In this document: positions 13,601-25,600 of the stretch, piece after piece
Layout of the letters: every line of letters starts with the position of its first letter
Numbering within the stretch: the stretch's first letter is position 1
DNA from: Phoronis australis
Lineage: Eukaryota; Animalia; Phoronida
Direction of reading: 5' to 3'
NCBI GenBank assembly: GCA_002633005.1
Contig: NMRA01000014.1
Coordinates: 982,955 to 1,046,954 of the forward strand
DNA: 64,000 nt
Notes under the pieces: generated by a model
What the model was told of the DNA's origin: nothing
Seen by the model: only the letters and a program-made list of their open reading frames with translations
Databases searched by the model: none
Program-made: the position numbers and the translations under genes

Positions 13601-16600
13601 CTGGAGTCACTGATTGGTTGCATTCATTTCCAGGCTATCTAATTATCACTGCATGGGGCTTTAATAGTATTTAAGATTATACAGATAAGCTATTAAATGG
13701 ACAATTTTCTATAATTCTCTAAGCACTTAAAAGTTGAATGAAGAAGTTTTCACTTACTGTTATGTTTCAAAGGTAATCGATTCTTTTTGTCCCATTATTC
13801 TTCAACTCCTGATTTCTCCACTAGATGGCAGTACTTTGGCAGCAGTACTGGTCTTATTCGCTCCTACCCTGCCAGAGATTGGCCAAGAAACCATATTGGT
13901 TTCTATGACGACTACGATCCACGTCTAAGGCCTTGGTACATCACCGCTTCTTCAAGGCCCAAGAATATTGTCATCATATTAGATGCTAGTTCGTCCATGG
14001 CTAAAAACAACAGGTGAATATTGTCAGTTTACATAATAATAATGCAAACTGTAGTTAACGATAGTTACCTGCAATAGAGAAACAGTTCTACCATAGCATG
14101 TGTATGTATAAATTAATAATCAAATAGTGTGTTATCAGCTGTTAAATGCATGCTTTGCATATTTACGCTACAAATTTTGTCAAATATTTTTCAGCAGGTT
14201 TGTTCATTTTTTTACAACTATCTAGAGGTCACCATGCTAGCAGCGTGTTTGGTCAATAGTTTGGTCTAAATGTCAATGTTTCAACTACAGTGGTTGACTA
14301 CGGGCGTTTACTTCGTTCTAATCTGGTGGCAGCTGAAAACCATAGTGATCTATTGTCATCATATTAGATGCTAGGTCATCCATAGCTTCACAGCAGGTGA
14401 CCATCCGTAGTACACGCCTGCCACGCCTGTTTTGGATTGCTTCTTACTTAGCCATCATTGATATATTTTTATGTAGTCATTGTTAGCAGATCTAATCATA
14501 ATCAGACCAAGTTGACTACACGTTGTTTCTTCTGCTGGAACAGGCATGGGGAGGTTTAACAGCGAAAAAATCTGTCGTTTACTGAGAAGTGTCAGTCAGA
14601 GTTGATGATTCATGCATTCAAAGTGTCCGCAGGAGTGGACAAAGTGTCGGCATTATGTTAAGTGTTGCGGCTGAACTCTGAGAAACAATAATATAACTGT
14701 TTGCCTTCGTGTAACATTAGTTGTAAATATGAAGTACTGTTTGTTTTCCTGGTATTTTAGGGAACTGTAGTGCTGCAGTGGATGGATGTCAGCAGGTGCA
14801 CCTCACATGGGTGGTGACATTTGTATTCTCCACTTCAGAATCCCTTATTGTTTTATGTGGAACCTGCCCTGCCATCTTAAAAGAAGACTTTTAATTTTGG
14901 TCTCTTACCAATTGTGAAATTTGTCTCAAATCATTCTTAGCCCATTTGGAGGAGGCCTCAAAAGAAACCTATTACAAAATGGAGAATAGAAATCGAGTAT
15001 TTTTTAGTGAAAGCACAAGATCAAAACAGCGAAATGTCAGGTTACTTGTGAAGTGATTTTTCTTTTTTCACAAATTGCTGTCTGTTGTGATGCCAAACGC
15101 GGAGCAGTGACTTGTTGCATTCGTCATAACATTATCAACAGTCATTTGTATGCAGACATGCAACTCACTCAAGATCAAAAATATGTTTTGTTTTCATTTT
15201 TCGTGGCATCTTTCCAGGTTATGTACACCTCGTTAACTCAATCTTATAGTGACTCGGTGACTGAAGGGACTTTGAATTGTGAAAGTGCACATGCCAAGCG
15301 GCAGATTCGATTTGAGCAATGAACTAAATACATTTATTTAGCACATTAATTTGAGTGGCAGCTCTGTAACTTTTGACCTTGGATAAGTAGTAAACAACTT
15401 TCTACACGGTTGAGGATGGTTGTGCTAAAACTGAAATCTTTTTTCTTGTTATGCGGTATATATTTCATATTTGAAGTTCCCCGAGAACCTTAATAATGGG
15501 TTTATGGTCCTGGCTGAGATTTTATTGTACCCTGTGGGTTCTGAATGGTCAGTCCAGAAAGAATAGATTTCTGTTAGAGAAACCACGATGCCTTCTCATT
15601 TTCAGATTGAGTTTGATGTATTCTGTGCCACCTAGAATCATACAATTTGCAGTGCAGTCGTCAGCACATTTCAACATTTCATTGTTTTTGCTACATTTTA
15701 GGTTTCCCCTTGCCAAAAAATCCGTTGAGGTACTGCTTCAAACTTTAAGCAAACGTGATCATGTGAGCATCATTGTGTCGCGGTCAGCCTACTGGACTAC
15801 AACCGGTACATATGTCAACATAACTTCCACCATGCTGTCCTGTCAGACTGATGGCTTACTGAAGGTTACAGCTAGCAATAAGAGACTACTTCAAGCTAGT
15901 TTAGATGATGTCAAGCCAGAGGGCGCTACTGACCTCAAGTAAGATGGCCTGTTTGCTAGTTCACTGATGAGACATCTGTAGTTGCTTGAAGTGTTTGTGA
16001 CTGCTGTCTTTAATTAGAAGTTACCATTTGTAAGCACAGATTTGAACTCTCTAATGTAACTTTATGAAATATGATCATGTGAAATGCTATACACACTGAT
16101 GTAAGTGTCATTCATCACATTTCAATAATGGCCACAACACCACTGCCCCTACTGCGTTTGTCCATAAAACTGTGTCTGTAGGGCACATATCTAAATACTG
16201 CGTATCACTATTTTACATACATTACGGGACAATCTTGTCATTTTTAGACAAAATTAATTGCTCAAATTGCCTGTTTCTCATTTTTCGATATCTTAGAATG
16301 CCTGTGGTTTTTAAAACTGTCTGATGAGACGCTGCGGTCAGTACTTGAAAAATGACAAATGCAATATTGTTGGATTTCTTAATGAAAGTTTTACTGCAGA
16401 TTTATGAAGTATTGGTGAACTCATGTCGGGTTTTTTTAATTTAGGCATTCAAACTTGGATGGACCAACTTACCAGGCCTTGACACTCTTGGTGACTACAA
16501 CTCGAGTGCACACTCATGTTTCGTTACCCATTAAGTGTCTCATGTGTTGTCATCTTACATGCCAGTGTCATCTTCTTTTCTGGCAAAAGCCTATGCTGTT

Positions 16601-19600
16601 CGATTTTATGAGGCATGACAAGTAAAAATTAAAGTAAGAGTTTCGAATAGACAACTGATTTACTTGGTAGGAGGGGGAGGTAACAAAGAATAGAGCTTTG
16701 CATTCTGGGCTGGCAATATTAGGCAGTGAAAAGTGGTGAGAGGGGGTGTGGGGGAGGGGTGGAATTGGAAGTGACCGAGATGGACTTGGTGACCAGGGGA
16801 GATTACGTAAGCCCTCATTCAAAAATTAATCTTTTCAGGCGGCACAGGCTTCTGATAATCTTCTGTCATATTAGTTACTGTTTTCAAGTGGCCGCGTTTT
16901 GATACCGTCTTGCGAGGCCAAGGGTCTGGGTGTTTTATTTGAAATGCATCTTTTACATAATGCACTTTGGTTCTTCACACATGTTATTCATTTCTTTATG
17001 TGATGGATTTTAGTCATAATGGCAAATGAATGCTGTTTTGTAGAAATTCTATGGAAATGGCCTATGATATTCTCGCTAGTCCTGACGTTGTTGGTTGCCA
17101 TAACATCGTGTTCTTTGTGGGTGACCATGACGATGATGATGGAAGTTACGTTAGGTGTAGCAAGGGTAGGTCAGTCCGCCACAGGCTTAACATTCATTTG
17201 GTACAATGTAGGTCAGTCTGCAAATGGAGTAGCAGGGATAGGCCATTCTGTTGCAGCTGTAGCAGGGGCAGGTTGGTCAACCAACAGTCTGACCATTAGG
17301 TTGCAGGATTGAACATTTTGGTTGTTACTCAGTCTTGGCTAAGAATAGACCCTATTGAAACTGGTGATCATTTCTTTGTAACAACGTGGGTAGGAGCTCA
17401 AAATGATTCTTGCACCTTACTGTCACCAGCTGCATGACATTGATTACTGTTCAACAGGGAGTGACTGTTACGTCACAAAATCAGTTGGTGAACAATACTG
17501 TTGGTGTCAACAGTCATCCAATGTCATGTTCACCCCTTTGTATAATATGTGTGTCGTTTAGACGTTAATGTCAAATCTCCAGGAAATTTTAATTAAGATT
17601 TGATTATGTCTGTCTGCTCAACAATATGGGTTCACCCTCACTTAAAAATAAGTTATAAGTTATAAGTGATATCATGGTTGAGTTCAAAGTGAAACTATGA
17701 GTTCTGTGTCTGCTTTATTAACCTTATTTCAAAGTTGCATCACTCAGTGTTTCATGCCTACATCATGATTGTGGGTTGACACATTCTCATTCTACTGTGT
17801 TGCACTTGACTCCAGGTTACGCCAAGTATGATGCTAATAATAGAAGACAGTTCAGTCCTGGCAAAATGTGCAAGTACGAGTGGAGACATCTGGCGACTCA
17901 TATAGCAAACACACGGATAGAGAAAGGAGTTATGGTGAGTTTTGTTAAGTCCAAGCACAGATCCAGGAGTCTGGCCAGATGTACAGTGTACACTCAGGCA
18001 AAGGAGGTATTTTATGTTCCTCTGTCCCATCAATACAGCATTGGTGGTACAACTGAAGTCTGGACCCCTTTGGATCTGTGCCTGGACTTGCTTCTAACTT
18101 GGATGAATATTAAAACTGATGAATATTTCCATGATGCTATATGTTGCCTGCTGACAAGCACCTCTGTCAGCACTTATTATTTTTTACACCACACATTGCC
18201 ACAAAGATGTGTTTAGTGCTACACAACAGTCAGGCTTTTTAGACCAGTGTTGTGTAATGGACTTAATTAGACAATAGGTATTTATAATAAATAATTTAAG
18301 AGACATCAGTGTATGTCGTTTGACAGTTATTGTACAGTTATCTTTTATGATGTTTTAATTGATGGTTTATTTTCCAGGTCTCTGTTTTCCCACTGTTAAT
18401 AAAGCCACGAGGTGATCTCTCTCATGAACTTCTGTGTACAAACCATACCAGGGTTTTACAGGTACTGTTGTTAATAAAGCCACAGGGTGATCTCTCTCAT
18501 GAACTTCTGTGTACAAACCATACCAGGGTTTTACAGGTACTGTTATTGATTCTTCTGGAATAATGTCAAAATTTGAATAACTTCAAAATGCCATATCGGG
18601 AATCAGCTGAAACTTTCAAATTCTATGATTGCATTGATCTGATAATCTCTCCGTTGTTGAGAACTGTCATATAGTTCTGTGTAGACAGAGTCAACTTTGT
18701 TTTATTCTATGACAGATCGAAAAGGAGAGTGACATATACAAGCAGCTGAGGCCCTACTTTGATTACCTGGCTCAGACATCTGGCTACCGTCATGTGTCAG
18801 TAACAGATCCTTACCTAGACAATGGCGGGTTAGGACTGGTGTTTACCGTGTCTGTTCCCGTCTACAGCCAAGTGTCTCGCATGTATGTATAGCACATACT
18901 CCCTTTATCACATATTTCTGCATTTTGTGACTTGGTTTAGTCATTGGCCCCATTGTGACAACACAAAATTTACACAGTGCCATCCTCGCAGCAGTGACTT
19001 GCAGTTTGCTCTTAAAAATTCGACTGTCCCATGTTTGCTGCTGTCTATTGTGGCAAAACAGCGTTACAATGTTGTTATTGCACGGTATATGGTGCAGAGT
19101 TGTTGACTTATTAACACCCTCAGTAAACTGTTAGTTTTGTTTTGTTTTGTTTAACTCATCTGTAATTTTCAAGTTACATGATTTTGTTATGACTTTTGCA
19201 GCTTATTAGGAGTTGTTGGTATCGATGTCTCATTATCAAGCGTGGAAAGTATACTAGCCAATGAAGTGTGGGGCAGTGCTTATGCATTCATGATTGACAC
19301 TCAAGGCCACACCGTCATACATCCCGGCATTGTATCGTCATCAAAGGTTAGTTATATTCAGTTTTGAGATGGAACTTTCTACTGAGATGAAGTGCGGCGA
19401 ACTGAAGCTAATCTGTATGACTATTAAAAAATTTCTGAGAGGCTGAAGTTTTCACTGTAAAACAGTTTTGCTCTTGCTGTAGTTTTCAATCATTAATTGT
19501 GACTTCCATTTGTAAGTCATTGTACAGTTTGCTGTCTGGGGTGGTAATAAAACTGTTACCACGGGCCACAAAACAAGGCAGAAGCTGAACCCTTGCCACT

Positions 19601-22600
19601 CTCCACAAAACATGCACTGTGAAAACTCTTGCCATGCACAAAGTGTGCCCTTACCCCTTTAGCTGAACTACAACCACTCATAGACACACTTACCAAAAGT
19701 GGTATTTAGATGTAACTGCAGTGCTTGATGTTTTGTGGAGATTATTAAAGGTTATCTCCCATGGTAAGTGTTTTGTGGAGATTACTAAAGGTTATCTCCT
19801 ATGGTAAGGGTTTCTCTTCTTGGTAAGTGTTTTGTCGAGAGTGCTAAGGTTTCTTCTACCATGTTAAGGGTTTCATTTCTGTGTTTTGCAGCCCATGGTA
19901 TGGGTTCAGTTACCATCCCTGGTGGCCATGATAACACTGATGATGTTAATTTCATCAGACTGCTTATACACTGGCATAAGTAGAATCAACTTCCTCAGAT
20001 ACTAAAATGTTGTGACTTTGTATATTTTGGACTACTCTCTACAGTCTTTTATCAACAACTGATGACAGGACGTCCAGGTTTCCGGCCGTTCTGTCCTCTG
20101 GAAGTAGTATGACGTCGTAGACAGGCTCAGTGAAGCTGCAATCCTTGATTTCGATTCGTGGTAGGCTTGTTAGTCTTGATATATATGGTTTCTTAACCTT
20201 CTTCATATACAGTGGCACTTATCATGTTATTTTAAAAATGCCATCTGTGTTCAGGTGGATTTGAGCTGGTGCATATTGATATTTCCCCCATTCCATGTTG
20301 TGTTCTGTTGATTTCTAGCTCATTGCTGACCCTGTCTATGTGGATATTGGGCTGTTGGAGCCAGACTCACAGGAGTTCACCAGTGTAATTAATGACATGG
20401 TCAACCAGCGAACAGGAAGTAAAAGAATCAACAACACGAGACGTGCTGTGTACACAGATGGCGCTGTTGTGTGGCATAGTGTACCTTATACACACTATGT
20501 GTATGCAGGCATCCGCAGTGAGTACTGCTGGCAAACAACTGAATGTGTTGAGGAAAAAATGTAGTTCATGTTTCATTATTCAGTTTTGATGTACACTGTC
20601 AATATAACCGTGTTATGAGTATTCACAACTAGCCTTTTTATGCTTGCAGCAGTTTTTTGAGAGATGATTTTTTTGTGTTTTGAAATTAGATTTTAAGAAT
20701 AGTGATGTAATAATCAGGCTCATCATAACAGGTTTACTGGCATTTTATTTACCAGTAAATAATAATTCCGTTTTGTTGGCTTGTTGTTGCAGACTCGGAC
20801 TACTCCATATGTCTGTCGATGGCCGACAGTGATGAAGATTACAGGCATCCTGTGGCCTCAGTTAGAAGCAATGGGCCTCCCTCACGTGTTATGATTAGTA
20901 ATGACCTCAAGGCTTATAGTGGTAGGCAAATAGTGTGCTTATTTTACATTATGGTAACATTTCATGTTGTAAAACTATTCCAAACTTTAGTGGAAAGGTA
21001 CTGTGTTAAACGAATACAAATGACAGCGACACCTGGAGATGGGGATTGAGAATTTAGAATTGAGGTTGACTTTGAAAACACCGTTGTTGCCATCAGCTAC
21101 ACAATGGCTAGACAATGGGTCATCAAGGACAAAACAGCATGTCATATAAAGTTAGGCATGACGTGTGATGCATTTAAGTCACATGAGCAGTTGAAATAAA
21201 AGAGGCATTTTCATTTGTTCGTAATGCAAAAAGTTGTAAAATAGTACATAAAAATTTGAAATTGACTGCGTAGCATTTGTGTATTATGTCACATACATTA
21301 ACTGATGACTGAGATCAGTGCGAATTTGCTATATGAATTTGTCGGGTAAATAGTCTTTTTCATTTGATTCTTTAAAGAGCTTTAAGTTCTGATTTTCCTT
21401 CGAAAACGCATCATTTTGTACATAAAAAGCGTTTATATGCCTATTCAACACACATTCATGCTTCACGTCCTTAATATGGAAACGAGGCACTTTGTCACAA
21501 CTATGTTCTCTTTGGATAATTTCTGTCGAAGAAAATGGTACCTAACTTTTCATGAGGACATCAGTTCCAAGAGGTCAATCAGAAAGTTCAAAAAGTCATC
21601 AGTTTCTGTCCACAATATAGTCGTTGCTCATGGATTAATTGCTCTGCTTCACATAAAAAGGAACTTACTAGATCAGTGTTCATGATGATCCTCACAGTTC
21701 TTGTAAAATCAGTTGACAAAATACAAGGTGTCATAAAGATGGACTGAGTTTTTAATGCAACACTTTTGATGCTTCGATTTTGAAGTCTCATTCCCATCTG
21801 AAAAATCCTGAAATCACTTGAAACTGTCCTTAGCATGCCCAAAACTGTCCCTCGAGTAGTCAAAAATTCCCCATTTGAACTCACACTCAATCTTGGCATC
21901 AGAAGGTCTGTAAAAGTTCACTCTTTTTGTGTTGCCATCTCAGTAAAGAGAACAGTTAATGAATTTAGTTTGTGGCTTTAGTGTAGGGATTATTACGTGG
22001 TCTTGAGTAAAGGCTGTCATTCATGGGAGTCCTTGATTCCCTGCCTCACTACAGAAATCTTGGTCCTCTTTTTCATTTGGGTTTTGGGATGAATATCAAG
22101 GCTATCGTTTGAGTTTTTTCTTTGCATCTTCTGTACATCTCATTCTGTAGTCACTCTTACCCTAGGTTAGTCAAACCATTCATTGTACATTTTTGTAATT
22201 TTAGCTCCATTGTGGAATATCTCCTCGATCGGCTTAGCCCCGAGGTCGTTCTGTAACCCTGAGAAGTACATAAACGAAGGGTTGCCTTCAGTTGAAGACA
22301 TGGAAAAGTATGTCAATTCTGAAGATTTTAACGAATGTCCTACAGGCCTGTACCATCGCTCAGTCAGGTGAGTAGTGCAGAGCATGGTTAAAAGTGTTCA
22401 TCACAGTTGTGGCAGGCACTGGCATTGCAAGAATCATTTGCCCAACTATTTTTCCATTATCAACCTGTGCTTTATCAAGGATATTGTTCATAAAGTGCTG
22501 TAAATAATTTGCATTTTTTCAATGTGGCACTAAAATTAATTGTTTCCTAAAACATTTCGGATATATTCTGATCAGAATTTGTTTGATGCATCCTATAATT

Positions 22601-25600
22601 TTGCCATTACATCTTACAGAGCTGATGTAAAACTTACGTCAGCACTTGAACAGCTGTGGGTAAGCAGGCCAGTGGAATTACAACAGGCTATTCCTTGGAC
22701 TTATATTGGTCTTGAGAGTGGAGTGACAAGATCATACCCAGCTGCCCCAACTAGTGTGACCTTTGACCCTACAACGTAAGTATCTCCATTGGTCTCGGAG
22801 ATTTGTGTTACAAGATCCAACTGTCTCAAGTAGTGCACCTCTTTAGCATCCAAAGTATGTGTCTCCATTTGTCTAGAAAGTTGAGTGACAAGGTCATACT
22901 CAGATGCCTCAGCTGGTGTGACCTTTGACCTTACAAAGTAAGTATTTCTGCTACCAGGGTGATGAGATCATACTCAGCTGGTATGACCTTTGGCCCTACA
23001 AAGTAATTATTTCCATTGGTCTAAAGAGTGGGTGATGAGGTCATACTCTGTTGCGTCAGCTGGTATGACCTTTGATCCTACAAAGTAAGCATCCCCATTA
23101 GTTTAGAAAGTGGAGTGCCCTAAGTAATGGGACCTTTGTCCCTTCAAAGTAAATATCTTGAATACCATAAAATTGAACCTCATTCTGTGATGTTTGTTAC
23201 TTTGCAGACATTTCGTAATCTCCTATTATTGTTCAATTTATTTCCTTACAGTTTCCATAATGTCTCAGTGGGTTAGTTCCACTTGGCTTTTAAATTGAAA
23301 ATCCAATTTATCCAATAGTGAGCATAAAACCAAATGCAACAAAATGTGGTGGTGTAAAGGTACATTTCACGAAATTGGTGAATTGCCCTTTAAGCTTATT
23401 TGTTGATTATGTCAAACCTGCTACTGCAGTAAATGGTATTTGCAGTGTCTAGTGTTACATATTGTATGGTCTGTTACATCTGTGTGTAGTACTGGCAGTG
23501 TATTGTATGGTCTGTTACAGCTGTCTACGGTACCGGCACACTGTCATCAACAAGGGGTAACTGTCATTGTCTAGTGTTTAGTATGTATGGTCTGTTACAG
23601 CCGTCCATGGTACCGGCATGCTGTCGTCAATAAGGGTAAACTGGCAGTGTCTAGTGTCTATCGTGACGACGGTGGAGTCGGTAAAGTGGTCACACTGTCT
23701 CGAACTATACACAGGGGAGGGCACCCACCACCTGTCCAATGTAACAGTAAGTAATAGGGAATTGAAGGGGGTGTTGCCCATTTCGGATAAAAGTAATTGC
23801 AGCCAAAATTGATCTTTTAATCATTTTCATGGCTACTTACATTCTTTTGATGTCCTGGCACATAATTCTCAAAACATTGTCTTGTGGTAGCTTAATGTAG
23901 AAATTACTTGATTTTCATGCATCCATGTAATGGAAACTGTACGCAACGAAACTTCCGAAAAAGTATGCTTACAATGTGCTGTAGAATATTCCTCAGTAAC
24001 CTCTGCATTGGTTTGAAGCTGAAAGCAGTTAATCAGCAGGATGCATTGTGGGTAAGGCTGTAGCAGGACTACCTCCAATGTCTTGGAACATTGTCTCACT
24101 AGCGCTACCTAGGGAACATCAAACTGCCCTTGCTGTATTGTGGAGAAAGTGTTAATAATTGTTATTTGTGAAATTTGTTTGCTTCCATTAATTTTGTAGG
24201 TCCATCAGCTAATGGGTGCAGTTGTCAGTTGAACTCTGACTGTGAGTCTGGCATTTGTCTGTCATTGAAGTGTGCTAGCCGTGTAGTGAGTGGTGTCCTA
24301 GCCATGGACATACATTACGATCACTGGGACAACATGGTGAGACGACTCAGTGACGGCTTAGGCATCACATGTGGCCAGAGGTGAGCAGTGGGGGTGGAAC
24401 TGCTTCAGAACAGTCGTATTTAGGCCATTTGATCTATGCAACAACGTTTTAGTTTTGTCGTCTTCAAAATGAAATAATTTGAAAGACGGGGTTAGTATTC
24501 ATTACATAGTTGACCAATCAAATAAGTTAAGTCAAAAGGTATGAATAGCATCTGCTGTTAGCACAGTCTCTCAAAGATGATTGAACATTGACCAAGTCTA
24601 CCTAGTGTGAGTGCATCTCCAAATAAAAGTGTGTATCCAGCGAACTGACATTTTTAACAGAAGGTCACACTGTGAGCGCACCATGAGGGATGTGGTATGG
24701 AATGAACACTTTTTCACCCTACTCCGTACTTTTGTGTTAAGGCTGAAGTCTTGCTGTGAAAGTTTACATGACATACTATGAGATGTATTTCCCTGGACTT
24801 TGAATAAACTATCCTATTTATTTAGAAAATTGATTTAGAGGCTTAAATTTAAAGGAATAAAATGAAAGAAAAAACAACAAACTTGATTCAGGTATTCAAA
24901 CACACTCAAAATACAACTAGTAAGATTGTTTTTTTAAACAAATCAGCAAAAATTGCAAGAGTGTTGGTTCGTGGGTAATGTGAAACATACTAGGCACATG
25001 TGCCCGCTGTATATTATGCAGAATACTTCCTGTAAGAAACTTTTTTGATGAAAAATGCATTGTTTTAGATAGAGGTGCATGCACAGGCCTAAATACACGC
25101 ATCTATGGCTATTCTTATGCTTGACTATCACTGTTCTAACATGCTGAATCTTTCAATTTATGTTGAAGGTAGTCGTACCCAGCAGCCAATTTGAGATTAA
25201 CTAATTTTAGTCAATTTCTGTAAGTTATTTTTGATTTAAAATGAAGGTGTGTATAACTTCCTCAGTGAGAACACTGGTTTCCAAGAAGGTTCTCATTATT
25301 GTAGGTATCCTTTGATACGTAAATCATAATAATTACTGAAAATTTTCAGGTGTTACATTGTGGACACATCTGGCAACTTTGTCTTGAATGCTGACTTCCT
25401 GAAGGTATCTGACAATCATCATCACCTTTATCAGGAGAAGTCCCTGGCCACTGAACATGGATATATATTCAATGACCTTATTCAGTGGGGAGTCTTTGAG
25501 TTAAGGGATAGGATTGATTACCAGGCAAAGTGCCAGCTGGATGAGGAAACATGTGTTGAGGTAAAGGAGACCAAGATTGTATGGTTTGGTTAGTGACAGG

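Noticed and set aside
16321-16360. CTGATGAG hammerhead-like cores (also 11845-11860 minus, 5595)
   Set aside because: GAAA not adjacent to stem II, or stem I cannot form.
22151-22165. Possible 15-nt microexon (AG|TCACTCTTACCCTAG|GT)
   Set aside because: In phase, but would leave a 39-nt intron; left out without transcript data.
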